Positions 47,977 to 58,641 of a stretch of DNA of 64,000 nucleotides are shown in pieces (within the stretch, counting starts at the first letter, position 1; each line of letters begins with the position of its first letter). The stretch is from Desulfomonilia bacterium (GTDB taxonomy: Bacteria; Desulfobacterota; Desulfomonilia; UBA1062): positions 1,120,001 through 1,184,000 of the forward strand of contig CAXXDQ010000003.1 in assembly GCA_963664325.2 (NCBI GenBank), given 5' to 3'. The notes under the pieces were generated by a model. It was not told where the DNA came from. It made no database searches and saw only the letters and a list, made by a program, of their open reading frames with translations. The translations under genes and the position numbers were made by a program.

Positions 47977-49611
47977 ATGGCGCGAATTGAAACTGAAGTG
48001 CTTGTTATAGGAACCGGAATTGCCGGGGCGACATGCGCCCTGATTGCCGCCCAGCAGGGACTTAAAGTGACGCTTGTCACCAAGCGCAATGATCCGCACC
48101 GTACAAACACGAACCGCGCCCAGGGCGGTATTGTTTTCAGGGGGAAGGAAGATTCACCCGAAATCCTGAGAGAAGACATATTGAGAGCTGGCCGGAATAT
48201 AAATTCGATTGAGGCCGTCGATTTCATCTCTGAAAGAGGACCTGACATAGTCGAGGAAGTGCTTATCAGAAACCTTCACGTGAACTTTACGCATCTTACG
48301 GATTCCCATGAGGAGCTTTACGACCTGACCCGCGAGGGGGCGCACTCGGTCAACCGTATACTGTATTCCGCTGACAACACGGGAGAGGTCATTGAAAAAT
48401 CACTGATAGAGGCTGTCCGTTCGCACGACAATGTCACAATAATTACCGGGGCAACAGCCATTGACCTCGTAACCATGCATCACCATTCCAGTGATATCCA
48501 GGCCAGATATCTGCTGGGCGACAGGTGCCTTGGGGCTTACCTTTTCATGAACGAGAGGAGGGAAGTCGATGTTGTACTGGCCCAGTACACGGTGCTGGCA
48601 ACCGGCGGACTAGGTGATATTTTTGTACATTCCACGAATGAAAAGGGCACTGTCGGCGACGGCATGGTCATGGCGAAACGGGCCGGCGCCCGTGTCATGA
48701 ATATGGAATTCATGCAGTTTCACCCGACAACTCTTTATATTCCTGGCGGCAGGCGTTTCCTGATTTCAGAGGCTGTCAGGGGAGAGGGTGCCAAACTCAA
48801 GAACCTTTCGGGAGAATATTTCATGGAGAGGTACAATCCCGACCTTAAAGACCTTGCCCCGAGGGATGAAGTGACTGTAGCGATATGGGAAGAAACCATA
48901 AGAAACAAGGAGGAATATGTCCTTCTCGACATAGCAAACCACGTTCATGGTGATATAAATGAGCGCTTCCCGACTATTTCAAAGACATGCCGGGAGGCGG
49001 GCATCGATATAACAAAGGAGCCTGTGCCTGTCGTTCCGGCGGCGCATTATTTCTGCGGCGGTGTGCATGTGAACACAAAAGGCTGGACAACGCTAAGAGG
49101 ACTTTATGCAATCGGTGAGGTGTCCTGCACCGGACTTCACGGGGCGAACCGCCTTGCATCGACATCCCTGCTCGAAGGTCTTCTCTGGGGTTATCAGTCG
49201 GCCATGGACATCAAAGAAAGAATAAACTCAGGGGAAACGGTCAAGACATCGACCCTTTCCTCGGCCCGGGACTGGATACCAACAGGCAACGTGGCCAATG
49301 AGGACCCGGCGCTCATTGCCCAGGACTGGGCGAACCTGAAGAACACCATGTGGAACTATGTCGGCATAGTGCGTACGGAATCCAGACTCAAACGCGCCCT
49401 GGAGGATTTAAGGCACATGTTTTTGCGGATCGAGGAGTTCTACAGGGAAACCCCGGTTTCAAAGGATATTATAAGCCTCTTTCATGGAACCCAGGCGGCG
49501 ATAATGGTTGCCGAGGCGGCGCTCAGAAACCCCACATCAATCGGCTGCCACCTTATAAGATCCGAGGGCTACGCCAGGACTTCTCCAACATTAAGGATAA
49601 ACGACCTGTGA
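47977..49611 (+). CDS. nadB: L-aspartate oxidase
   Basis: GTGIAG, AQGGI, REGAHS, QFHPT, LISEAVRGEG, LAPRD, AAHY, HGANRLASTSLLEG. Confidence 0.95.
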   Translation: MARIETEVLVIGTGIAGATCALIAAQQGLKVTLVTKRNDPHRTNTNRAQGGIVFRGKEDSPEILREDILRAGRNINSIEAVDFISERGPDIVEEVLIRNLHVNFTHLTDSHEELYDLTREGAHSVNRILYSADNTGEVIEKSLIEAVRSHDNVTIITGATAIDLVTMHHHSSDIQARYLLGDRCLGAYLFMNERREVDVVLAQYTVLATGGLGDIFVHSTNEKGTVGDGMVMAKRAGARVMNMEFMQFHPTTLYIPGGRRFLISEAVRGEGAKLKNLSGEYFMERYNPDLKDLAPRDEVTVAIWEETIRNKEEYVLLDIANHVHGDINERFPTISKTCREAGIDITKEPVPVVPAAHYFCGGVHVNTKGWTTLRGLYAIGEVSCTGLHGANRLASTSLLEGLLWGYQSAMDIKERINSGETVKTSTLSSARDWIPTGNVANEDPALIAQDWANLKNTMWNYVGIVRTESRLKRALEDLRHMFLRIEEFYRETPVSKDIISLFHGTQAAIMVAEAALRNPTSIGCHLIRSEGYARTSPTLRINDL

Positions 49612-49786
49612 TTGAAAAAGAGATTGGCCGGTGAAAAGAAGGAGGTGCCGGTTTAATGGCAACGGATATTTGATTGATTTATCTGCCTGATATATTTGCG
49701 TTATAGTCACTGTCCGCAGCCCTATTTTTTGTAAATAAGTGTAAATAGTCTGGATGAATATTGCCTGGTGTAATAATAAAGACATT

Positions 49787-51064
49787 ATGAAAAAAGCAAT
49801 TTTAATGCTCATCTGTTTTATCTTTCCAGCGATGCTTAATGCCGGCCAGGACATAGCGCCCGGAGAGATGCTTGATCTTGATAAGTGCATAAGCATTGCC
49901 CTTTCCAACCATCCGCAGATTATCGCCGCCCAATCCAATTATGAGGCGAGCCGGGCCACGACGGGCCAGGCTAAATCGGCGTATCTGCCGCAGCTGAACG
50001 CTACTGCGACATATTCGAAATATGACCAGGACACGGGGTATGACATCAACCAGTCGGGTCCTTTCGACAAGTACGAGACGGGTGTGAACTTGAACATGAT
50101 GCTTTATGATTTCGGCCGGACCCCTTCCCAGGTCGGGGTCAGAAGGTATGAAACGGATTCTTCCTCGGCCGATTACAGCGACACGAAGTCACAGGTGATC
50201 CTGGGTGTAAAAAATGCGTACTACGGACTTCTCCAATCCAAAGACAACCTAGATGCAAATTCATCAACGGTTGAAAAGTTTGAACAGCACCTTCAGATGG
50301 CAAAAAAACTCCATGAGGTCGGCCTTAAACCCACTATAGACGTTACAAAGGCCGAGGTCGATCTGGGCCAGTCAAAGCTCGACCTTATAAAGGCGATGAA
50401 TACATACCTTTCAAATAAGCTTATTCTGGCAAATGCCATGGGCGTCAAGACCGCACCTGACTTCGAGATAAACCCTTCTCCCAAGTTCATAGATGTTTCA
50501 ATCGAGGAAAATGCGGCGCTCTCAAAGGCGTACGACAACAGGGCAGACCTGAAATCTGCGAAGGCAAAGGCGGATGCGGCCGCAATGAATGTAAAACTTG
50601 CAAACTCGGGGCATTACCCGATCCTGAACGGGGTTGCAGGCTACGGCTGGCTGGGCAATGACTTTCCTCTTCAGAAAGAATGGAACGCAGGTGCTAACCT
50701 GACCGTACCGATCTTCTCGGGATTCAACGTAAAGTACAGCGTGGAAGAGGCAAAGGCAAAGCAGAAGAGCCAGACGGCTAATGTCGAGCTGATCAGGCAG
50801 AATATCAGGCTCGATGTCACGCAGGCCCTGCTTTCCATATCGGAAGTTAAAAAAAGGATAGACGTTGCCCGTGAAACGCTTGTTTATGCAAAACAGAACA
50901 GGGAGCTTGCAGAAGGCCGCTATGCAGAAGGGGTGGGTAATGCAGTCGAAGTGACGGATGCGATAACATCTGAAAAAACAACCCTTACGGCTTATGCCTC
51001 GGCCATGTACGATTACCGGACGGCCGTTGCGAACCTTGAAAAGGCCATGGGAGAACTGAAATGA
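49787..51064 (+). CDS. TolC-family outer-membrane efflux protein
   Basis: Signal peptide, repeated OEP helical pattern, VPIFSG; first gene of a MacAB operon. Confidence 0.9.
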   Translation: MKKAILMLICFIFPAMLNAGQDIAPGEMLDLDKCISIALSNHPQIIAAQSNYEASRATTGQAKSAYLPQLNATATYSKYDQDTGYDINQSGPFDKYETGVNLNMMLYDFGRTPSQVGVRRYETDSSSADYSDTKSQVILGVKNAYYGLLQSKDNLDANSSTVEKFEQHLQMAKKLHEVGLKPTIDVTKAEVDLGQSKLDLIKAMNTYLSNKLILANAMGVKTAPDFEINPSPKFIDVSIEENAALSKAYDNRADLKSAKAKADAAAMNVKLANSGHYPILNGVAGYGWLGNDFPLQKEWNAGANLTVPIFSGFNVKYSVEEAKAKQKSQTANVELIRQNIRLDVTQALLSISEVKKRIDVARETLVYAKQNRELAEGRYAEGVGNAVEVTDAITSEKTTLTAYASAMYDYRTAVANLEKAMGELK

Positions 51065-52233
51065 AGAAAACAGTTGCATTTATTATAATCCTGGTGGCAA
51101 TCGGGATTGCCGCATATTTCATTTTCAATAAAAATGGCGGCAAGTCCGATTACAAGACCGAGAAGGTTGAGAAAGGCGATGTTCAGGACACCGTAACTGC
51201 CACGGGTACGGTAAACGCAGTTGTGAACGTACAGGTCGGGACCCAGGTATCAGGGACCATCAGCAGACTCTTTGTCGACTACAACTTCCTGGTGAAAAAA
51301 GGGCAGATGCTGGCCCAGATCGATCCTGCAAATTTCGAGGCCCAGGTTGCTCAGGCCAAGGCCAACCTCCTGAATGCCCAGGCTGGGTTTAAAAAGGCAC
51401 AGGCAGTGCTTGTCGATAGCCTGCGTACACTTGAAAGGAATAAGGTCCTTTTAAAGAAGGATTTTGTCGCCCAGAGCGATGTCGATACCGCCCAGACAAC
51501 TGCGGATTCCAATGCAGCCCAGGTCGATGCGGCAAGGGCACAGATCGAACAGATGAAAGCTGCCCTTAGAATTGCCGAAACAAATCTGGGTTATACGAAG
51601 ATACTATCCCCGGTTGACGGGACGGTAATTTCCAGAAGTGTTGACGTGGGCCAGACTGTTGCCGCCAGCTTCCAGACCCCGACGCTTTTCACGATAGCCC
51701 AGAATCTGAAGGAAATGCAGATCGAAACAAATGTGGATGAAGCGGATATAGGGAAGATCAAAAACTCCCAGGCTGTCGAATTTACGGTAGACGCCTACCC
51801 TGATCTGACATTCAAAGGGGTAGTCTCGGAGATAAGAAATTCGCCAATCACGGTTTCGAATGTCGTCACTTATGCCGTCATCGTAAAGGTCGATAACCCT
51901 GAGTTTAAACTCAAGCCCGGAATGACGACGAATGTAACCATTATTATCGATGAGAAGAAGGGCGTGCTCAAGGTTCCCGATTCGGCGCTAAGGTTCAAAC
52001 CCGATCAGGAGTCAAAAAAGCCTAATGGAAAAGGCGGTTCTGCCGTATGGGTGATGGAAAATGGCAGAATGAAAAGAATTCCGGTCAGGACGGGCATCAG
52101 CGACGGCAGTTACACAGAAGTCGTATCCGGAAATCTCAGGGAAGGCGTCGAGGTAATAACTGAATCGGCGATTTCGGAAAAGACCGGTGCAAAAAACAAA
52201 GATAAGCATATGGGGCCTCCGCCCATGTTTTAG
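51061..52233 (+). CDS. MacA-type periplasmic adaptor
   Basis: VGTQVSG, ILSPVDG, VDEADIG, LKPGMT. Confidence 0.92.
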   Translation: MKKTVAFIIILVAIGIAAYFIFNKNGGKSDYKTEKVEKGDVQDTVTATGTVNAVVNVQVGTQVSGTISRLFVDYNFLVKKGQMLAQIDPANFEAQVAQAKANLLNAQAGFKKAQAVLVDSLRTLERNKVLLKKDFVAQSDVDTAQTTADSNAAQVDAARAQIEQMKAALRIAETNLGYTKILSPVDGTVISRSVDVGQTVAASFQTPTLFTIAQNLKEMQIETNVDEADIGKIKNSQAVEFTVDAYPDLTFKGVVSEIRNSPITVSNVVTYAVIVKVDNPEFKLKPGMTTNVTIIIDEKKGVLKVPDSALRFKPDQESKKPNGKGGSAVWVMENGRMKRIPVRTGISDGSYTEVVSGNLREGVEVITESAISEKTGAKNKDKHMGPPPMF

Positions 52234-52241
52234 GTACAGCC

Positions 52242-52946
52242 ATGCCTTTGATCGAAACAAAGAATCTGTACAAAATTTACGACATGGGTGAAGAAGACCA
52301 GGTCCATGCGTTGAACGATGTATCCATTTCAATCGAAAGCGGTGAATTCGTGGCGATCATGGGGCCATCCGGTTCAGGAAAATCGACATTCATGAATACC
52401 CTGGGCTGCCTCGACAGGCCGACCAGAGGAACCTATCTGCTAGACGGGATTGATACCAGCGGCCTTGAAAACAATGACCTGGCGGCGATAAGGAACAGAA
52501 AGATCGGATTTGTTTTTCAGGGCTTCAACCTTTTGCGAAAGACGACGGCGCTTGGAAACGTCGAGCTGCCGATGCTCTATGCAGGCGTGCATCAGAGCGA
52601 AAGGCGTAAACGGGCAATGGCGGCGCTGGACGCCCTGGGACTCTCGGACAGGAGCAATTATTTTTCAAACCAGCTCTCGGGGGGTCAGCAGCAGAGGGTT
52701 GCTATAGCCAGGGCGCTTGTGAACAACGCACCGCTGATACTTGCGGACGAACCGACAGGGAATCTCGACAGCAAATCAAGCTACGAGATCATGGACCTCA
52801 TAGTAAAACTCAATGCCGAAGAAAAAATCACGATAGTGCTTGTCACGCATGAGCCTGATATCGCGGCATACAGCAGACGCGTAATAAAGTTCCTTGACGG
52901 AAAGGTGATAAGCGATAAGGTTCAGGACCCGGGGTTAAAGGCATGA
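52242..52946 (+). CDS. ABC ATP-binding protein (MacB/LolD type)
   Basis: GPSGSGKS, LSGGQQQR, ADEPTGNLD, VTH. Confidence 0.95.
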   Translation: MPLIETKNLYKIYDMGEEDQVHALNDVSISIESGEFVAIMGPSGSGKSTFMNTLGCLDRPTRGTYLLDGIDTSGLENNDLAAIRNRKIGFVFQGFNLLRKTTALGNVELPMLYAGVHQSERRKRAMAALDALGLSDRSNYFSNQLSGGQQQRVAIARALVNNAPLILADEPTGNLDSKSSYEIMDLIVKLNAEEKITIVLVTHEPDIAAYSRRVIKFLDGKVISDKVQDPGLKA

Positions 52947-54172
52947 TAAACATTCCATCGACAATGAAAGTTTCATTAAATGCGCTCAGGGCGAACAAAA
53001 TGCGTTCGGCCCTGACAGTGCTTGGAATAATAATCGGAGTCGCCGCGGTCATAACGATGCTGGCCGTGGGTTCGGGGGCAAGCAAGAAGATAACGGACCA
53101 GATATCAAGCATGGGGAGCAATGTCATAATAGTGACGCCGGGCAGCAGGACACAGAGTGGTGTCAGGACCGGAGCCGGCGGTTCGTCGGCGCTCACGATT
53201 TTCGATGCCGATGCAATCAGAAAAAGATGTACTGCGGTCGGCAAGATTGCGCCTGTTTTGAACGGTTCTGCGCAGGTGGTGTACCAGGATCAGAACTGGC
53301 TTACGTCTGTCGTCGGCACGACCCAGGACATGCTCGAGATAAAGGACTGGAAGCTTGTTTCCGGAAGGAACCTGACAAATCAGGATATCAGGAGCGCTAC
53401 AAAGGTCTGCGTCCTCGGATCAACGGTTGTCGATAACCTTTTCCCCAATGAAGAACCAGTAGGACGCGTGATCAGAATAAAAAAGGTCCTTTTCAAGGTG
53501 GTCGGCGTGCTTGAGACAAAGGGCCAGTCCATGATGGGACAGGACCAGGACGATACGCTTTTCATACCCATCACAACCGCACAGAAAAAGATCTTCGGTA
53601 CGACGATCCCCGGGATGATAAGGAACATAACCCTGCAGGCCAGAAGTGTCGATTCGATGCAGGCTGCCGAAGACCAGGTTACCGATGTTATTAGGCAGAA
53701 ACACAACATAGGACCTAAAGGCTACGATGATTTTACCGTAAGGAACCTGACCCAGATATTAAAGGAAGCGCAGAGTGCAACAAGGGTCATGACGATACTT
53801 CTGGGGGCGATAGCCTCGATCTCACTTCTGGTGGGCGGGATAGGAATCATGAACATCATGCTTGTTTCGGTCACCGAAAGGACCAGGGAGATAGGTATCA
53901 GGATGGCGGTCGGCGCACGCTCCTGGGACATAAGGCTTCAGTTCATAATCGAGGCGGTCACGCTTTCTATGCTGGGCGGTGCCATAGGCATCCTGCTGGG
54001 TTCACTGGGGGCGTATATCATTTCAAAATTCGCGGACTGGCCGCCTGTCGTAACACCCATGTCCGTGCTCATATCTTTTGGATTCTCGTTTTTTGTAGGC
54101 ATCTTTTTCGGCTATTATCCTGCATATAAAGCCTCACTGCTGCATCCTATAGACGCGCTCAGATATGAATGA
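52943..54172 (+). CDS. MacB-type ABC permease
   Basis: RSALTVLGIIIG, VGGIGIMNIMLVSVTERTREIGIR, PIDALRYE. Confidence 0.95.
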   Translation: MINIPSTMKVSLNALRANKMRSALTVLGIIIGVAAVITMLAVGSGASKKITDQISSMGSNVIIVTPGSRTQSGVRTGAGGSSALTIFDADAIRKRCTAVGKIAPVLNGSAQVVYQDQNWLTSVVGTTQDMLEIKDWKLVSGRNLTNQDIRSATKVCVLGSTVVDNLFPNEEPVGRVIRIKKVLFKVVGVLETKGQSMMGQDQDDTLFIPITTAQKKIFGTTIPGMIRNITLQARSVDSMQAAEDQVTDVIRQKHNIGPKGYDDFTVRNLTQILKEAQSATRVMTILLGAIASISLLVGGIGIMNIMLVSVTERTREIGIRMAVGARSWDIRLQFIIEAVTLSMLGGAIGILLGSLGAYIISKFADWPPVVTPMSVLISFGFSFFVGIFFGYYPAYKASLLHPIDALRYE

Positions 54173-54195
54173 TTTGTTTTTAAGAAAAGGACGTA

Positions 54196-55545
54196 ATGAA
54201 CGGAAATGCAATAACGTTTGATATTCTGTTTTTTACAGCGGCGGGTATTTTCCTACTCAGCTATGTCCTCATTGTTTTGGACTGGGTGCATAAAACAGTT
54301 GTTGCACTGTGCGGTGCCGCACTTATGATAGTGCTCGGCATCGTGACTCAGAAGGAGGCCTTTCACTTGCCCGAACTCGGCATAGACTGGAATGTAATTT
54401 TCCTGCTCTTCTCAATGATGGTTTTTATCAATATCATGCGGCCATCGGGCATATTCGAATATATTGCCATAAGAAGCGCCAAACTTGTCAAGGCCAGGCC
54501 CTTTGCAGTGATGGCCTTATTCTCGGTCGTGACAGCACTTCTTTCCGCATTACTCGATAATGTGACAACGGTCCTTCTTATTGCACCTGTAACGGTTTTT
54601 GTCTGTCAGGCCCTTGACCTTGAGCCGGTGCCGTTTCTCATAACAGAGGCTCTTGCTTCCAATATCGGCGGCGCTGCTACACTTGTAGGCGACCCGCCGA
54701 ATATCATGATAGCATCAAAAGCTGGGCTCACTTTCATGGATTTTATAAATAACATGGCGCCTGTAATTGTCGTGATAATGATTGCCTACCTTGTGAGCAT
54801 AAAATTTATTTTCGGAAAGAATATGATCGTCAGTGATGAGCACCGCCAGCGTATAATGGCCATGGATGAAAGGGTGACCATCAAGAATAAAGGCCTGATG
54901 ATTAAATCTTTAATCGTGCTCGCCATAACAATGACCGGTTTCGTTTTTCACGGCGTGATTCATCTCGAGCCTGCTACGGTAGCGCTTTCAGGTGCAGCAA
55001 TCATGCTTCTTGTTTCGCGAGTTAAAGAACCTCATCGCCTTTTATCGGAAGTCGAGTGGTCCACGCTGTTCTTCTTTATCGGTCTTTTTGTAATTATCGG
55101 AGGCGTGGTCAAGGTCGGTCTTATCAAGTGGCTTTCCGTTAAAATGCTCCTGTTGACAGGCGGCGAAATGTTCGGGCTCAGCATCGCAGTGATGTGGTTT
55201 TCGGCCTTTGCATCGGCATTCATTGACAATATCCCGTATGTGGCGACAATGAACCCGCTCATAATAGACATGGCTAAGCAGCTCTGGCCTAACCTTTCAG
55301 GTGCAGCACTTCTTCATCATCCGAACCTCATGCCTGTATGGTGGTCGCTTGCACTGGGGGCCTGTCTCGGGGGAAACGGAACGATAATCGGGGCTTCAGC
55401 CAATGTAATCATTGCTGGCATGTCCGAGAAGATAGGGAAAAAGATCACGTTCGGCCGGTTCATGCTTTACGGTATGCCCCTGATGATAGAATCCGTCATT
55501 ATAAGCATGTTATATGTGTGGTTAAGGTATTATATCCTTGCGTGA
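54196..55545 (+). CDS. ArsB/NhaD-family ion transporter
   Basis: LDNVTT, SNIGGAATLVGDPPN, IDNIP, LGGNGT; many TM helices. Confidence 0.88.
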   Translation: MNGNAITFDILFFTAAGIFLLSYVLIVLDWVHKTVVALCGAALMIVLGIVTQKEAFHLPELGIDWNVIFLLFSMMVFINIMRPSGIFEYIAIRSAKLVKARPFAVMALFSVVTALLSALLDNVTTVLLIAPVTVFVCQALDLEPVPFLITEALASNIGGAATLVGDPPNIMIASKAGLTFMDFINNMAPVIVVIMIAYLVSIKFIFGKNMIVSDEHRQRIMAMDERVTIKNKGLMIKSLIVLAITMTGFVFHGVIHLEPATVALSGAAIMLLVSRVKEPHRLLSEVEWSTLFFFIGLFVIIGGVVKVGLIKWLSVKMLLLTGGEMFGLSIAVMWFSAFASAFIDNIPYVATMNPLIIDMAKQLWPNLSGAALLHHPNLMPVWWSLALGACLGGNGTIIGASANVIIAGMSEKIGKKITFGRFMLYGMPLMIESVIISMLYVWLRYYILA

Positions 55546-55592
55546 AGAGATATTTTGATCTGGACTGCTGGCATGATAATTAAGTTCTTATC

Positions 55593-56039
55593 TCATTCAC
55601 TCTGCCATTTGTAATGCTTTTTCCTCTTTGATACCCATTCTTCCTCTCCGAGATCTTTTATAAGCCCCAGATGGAATTCAAGGTTCGGATGGATTTTTTT
55701 AAGTCCTTCGAGAAGATCGCATGTTTTATAATTTCCGCATTCCCAACAGCCTGAAAGGCCATGCTCATGAACGCAGGGCCTTATTTTGCAGTCGGTTTTG
55801 CAGCCGCCCTCAGTGCATGGGGCCTTGCATTTAAGTCCGGCAATGGCATCAAGCATAACAGGAAAATTCCCATATTCCTTAAAGATGGGATTCGTGTCGG
55901 ATTTCAGCTCGGCATAGTTCTCGAACTGCAGTTCATCGAGCATCTCCTTCAGATTGTTTACAAGCTCAAAGAGCCCGGACTTCGAGGGGACGCAGTCCCT
56001 GCAATAAAGTCCGCATAAAGCCGTATATTTTTGATTCAT
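55593..56039 (-). CDS. DUF3795-like Cys-rich protein
   Basis: CGLYCRDC, C..C...C..C....C and CWEC....C pattern. Confidence 0.75.
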   Translation of the reverse strand: MNQKYTALCGLYCRDCVPSKSGLFELVNNLKEMLDELQFENYAELKSDTNPIFKEYGNFPVMLDAIAGLKCKAPCTEGGCKTDCKIRPCVHEHGLSGCWECGNYKTCDLLEGLKKIHPNLEFHLGLIKDLGEEEWVSKRKKHYKWQSE

Positions 56040-56136
56040 TATTTTTTCCCTGCCTTTACCGGTTGAACAAATATCGGTGCTTGGTTATTATTAAAACTGT
56101 AATGTATATGTTTCAGAATACACGGGAGGTCAAGAG

Positions 56137-57339
56137 ATGAACCCGGATATGTTTGAAGAATATCATCAGGAATTATGTGAAAAATGCGGGGAATGCCTGC
56201 ATGAATGCCCTGTAATGCAGCTTCCGCCCGAAAAAGCGAAAGCCGAGATGAGAAACCTCATAGCCGGCCGGAAAAACAGCATCGTACTGAAAAAGTGCAC
56301 AAGCTGCATGTCATGCAACTTTGTATGCAAAAAGGGCTGCAATCCTGCCATGCTGATCCTTAAAAGGTGGCACGAAGCCTATGAAGAGGAGGGCATGCCT
56401 GATAGAGCCCTCTGGTTCACCCCGCATATGAGACCTAATTTCAGGACCTATGCGCTCGAGCGGATGCCGGAGGATGAGAAGGCGCTCATTAAAAAGTGGG
56501 ATGATGCAAGCCCGTGCGAGGAGATTATCTATCCGGGCTGCAATGTGATTACGACACCATACCTGATGATGAGCTCTCTTTTTGAAGGAAAGAGCATACG
56601 GGGTTCTCTTGACCTGTGTTGCGGCGAAATGTATTTCCGCTCAGGCCATTTCGATGAACTCAGGAAGACCGCAGCAAGGCTTACGGAGCATTACAGAAAG
56701 ATGGGGATAAAGAAAATGCTTATTCCCTGCACAGCCGGCCGGAACCTGTTCACCAACATACTCCCAAAATATGGCGCCATGTTTGACTTTGAAATAGAGC
56801 ATGTCATCCCCTGGCTGATCAACCGTATAGAAAAGGGCGATCTGAAACTCAAAAAAAGCCTAAACATGACCGTAACGATTCAGGAATCCTGCCATGCGAA
56901 ATGTTTCGGCGATGAGTATATCGACATGCCCAGAAAGCTGCTGAACATGCTTGGCATCAAGGTCATAGAAGAAGAGCAGCACGGGAAAATGATGCGCTGC
57001 TGCGGGATAGGTGGCGGCTTCAGCCATGCCTCGAACTATCATCCCTTCAACGTGGTCATGGCGACGGGCCGGGCTCTAACTCTGGCCAGAAATGCAAAAG
57101 CCGATGCGGTTGTAACATACTGCGCCGGCTGCATGCAGCAGCTGGGAGTCGGCCGCCTGATGCTCCCGTTCCTCTGGACTGAAATCTACCATATCCTGGA
57201 ACTGGTCCAGATCGCTATAGGCGAAATCCCGGAACGCAGGCTTAACAACAGGGCCTTCCTTCTCGCCTCAGGTGTGATTTTGAACCAGATGCCAAAGATG
57301 CTTTCAACAAAAAGGCATAGAGCAGGTTCAGGCATTTGA
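56137..57339 (+). CDS. Fe-S oxidoreductase, HdrD/GlpC-like (two ferredoxin motifs plus CCG domains)
   Basis: CEKCGECLHECP, CTSCMSCNFVC, YPGC, two CCG motifs, ESCH, CAGC. Confidence 0.85.
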   Translation: MNPDMFEEYHQELCEKCGECLHECPVMQLPPEKAKAEMRNLIAGRKNSIVLKKCTSCMSCNFVCKKGCNPAMLILKRWHEAYEEEGMPDRALWFTPHMRPNFRTYALERMPEDEKALIKKWDDASPCEEIIYPGCNVITTPYLMMSSLFEGKSIRGSLDLCCGEMYFRSGHFDELRKTAARLTEHYRKMGIKKMLIPCTAGRNLFTNILPKYGAMFDFEIEHVIPWLINRIEKGDLKLKKSLNMTVTIQESCHAKCFGDEYIDMPRKLLNMLGIKVIEEEQHGKMMRCCGIGGGFSHASNYHPFNVVMATGRALTLARNAKADAVVTYCAGCMQQLGVGRLMLPFLWTEIYHILELVQIAIGEIPERRLNNRAFLLASGVILNQMPKMLSTKRHRAGSGI

Positions 57340-57415
57340 ATTAATTGTAAAATTACATAAAACTTACGACCAGGCTCTTCTCTAAAAATTGAACAGGAGA
57401 GTGTTAAACAATACT

Positions 57416-57550
57416 CAGGGACGCTCCTGACATTAAGATATTTAATTTGAAAGCAACCTGATCACCTGATAACCCGATTTGTGAAAATATGGTAACTAAG
57501 GTTCCGGGTTTAATAAAGATGGAATATCTGAATAGCAGGAGTGTCCCCTG
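57416..57550. other. 135-nt rod-like inverted-repeat element (ncRNA or MITE candidate)
   Basis: CAGGGACGCTCCTG/CAGGAGTGTCCCCTG, ATTAAGATATT/AATATCTGAAT and AACCT..ACC/GGT..AGGTT nested stems. Confidence 0.4.
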
Positions 57551-57800
57551 GCACACGGTGCACAAGAACTTTTGGAAATAAACAATTGACATGCAAACTG
57601 AACTTCCCTATCAGAAAGTAAGGTCTTATCAAAACAATACAGCTCTCCTTATTTGAATGCAGGGGAAGGTGCCGGAAAGGATTCCGAATAAAGGAATGCA
57701 GCAGGCGGGTTTAGAGAATCCTGACATCAGATGATATCGTCATTGAAGATTGTGCTAATAAGCTGCAAGCAGTAAGTCCAATAAATATGAGGATGCCATT

Positions 57801-58574
57801 GTGAAGGATGAAAAAACGAGTTACGAAACCCTGGATTATTCGGAAACGGAAAAAGGCATCGGTGTACTGTCCCTGAACCGGCCTCAAAAATATAATGCAG
57901 TCAATCTGAAGATGCTCGAGGATCTCGAACATTTCTGGGAACAGCAGAAAAGCAACCTCGATACGCACGTCATCATATTGAAAGGAAACGGAGAAAAGGG
58001 GTTCTGCGCGGGATTGGATCTGTCTTCGCTGGCGGAAGCGGCCTCGGCAATCACCGTCGATACGTTTTACGGTTTTCAGGTCCGCCTGAGCAGAATGATA
58101 GCGTCGATGAGGTCCGCACCCCAGCCGATCATATGTGCCGTCCACGGTGCGGCGGCAGGACTGGGTTTCAGCTTCACCCTGGCGTCTGATGTAAGGGTAA
58201 TCACCGGAGATGCCCGTTTTTCGGCGGCATACATCAACGTGGGCTATGGCGGGGCTGACATGGCCTGCAGCTACTTCCTTCCCCGGCTGATCGGAGCGGG
58301 CCGGGCGTACGAATTCATGCTGACCGGGGGATTCATGACCGCAGAAGAGGCGATGAACCTGGGGCTGGCAAGCCGGATGGTCGGACGTGAGGAGCTTTTT
58401 GATTCAGCCATGGCCATCGCGAGAACGATGAACTCGAAAAACCCCATGGGCCTGCGGCTTACCAAGGAGGCCATTAATGTAAACCTCGATGCCGGGGGCC
58501 TCGAGCAGGCATTGCACGTCGAGGACCGGAACCAGACGCTTCTGTTTGCGAGGAGCATGGCAGGCGCGCGTTAG
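57801..58574 (+). CDS. Enoyl-CoA hydratase/isomerase family protein
   Basis: LNRP, FCAGLDL, PIICAVHGAAAG, LPRLIG. Confidence 0.92.
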   Translation: MKDEKTSYETLDYSETEKGIGVLSLNRPQKYNAVNLKMLEDLEHFWEQQKSNLDTHVIILKGNGEKGFCAGLDLSSLAEAASAITVDTFYGFQVRLSRMIASMRSAPQPIICAVHGAAAGLGFSFTLASDVRVITGDARFSAAYINVGYGGADMACSYFLPRLIGAGRAYEFMLTGGFMTAEEAMNLGLASRMVGREELFDSAMAIARTMNSKNPMGLRLTKEAINVNLDAGGLEQALHVEDRNQTLLFARSMAGAR

Positions 58575-58641
58575 GGCATGTCCGGGATTCTGCAATATTC
58601 AAAAAGTTCCATGCTTGTACAAAATGTCTGAGGGGAGTGGT

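Noticed and set aside
57549-57563. TGGCAC..TGCA as a sigma54 promoter
   Set aside because: GG to GC spacing is 8 nt rather than the required 10.
57640-57790. Cobalamin or c-di-GMP riboswitch upstream of the enoyl-CoA hydratase
   Set aside because: Small hairpins are present but the conserved cores of these families were not found.
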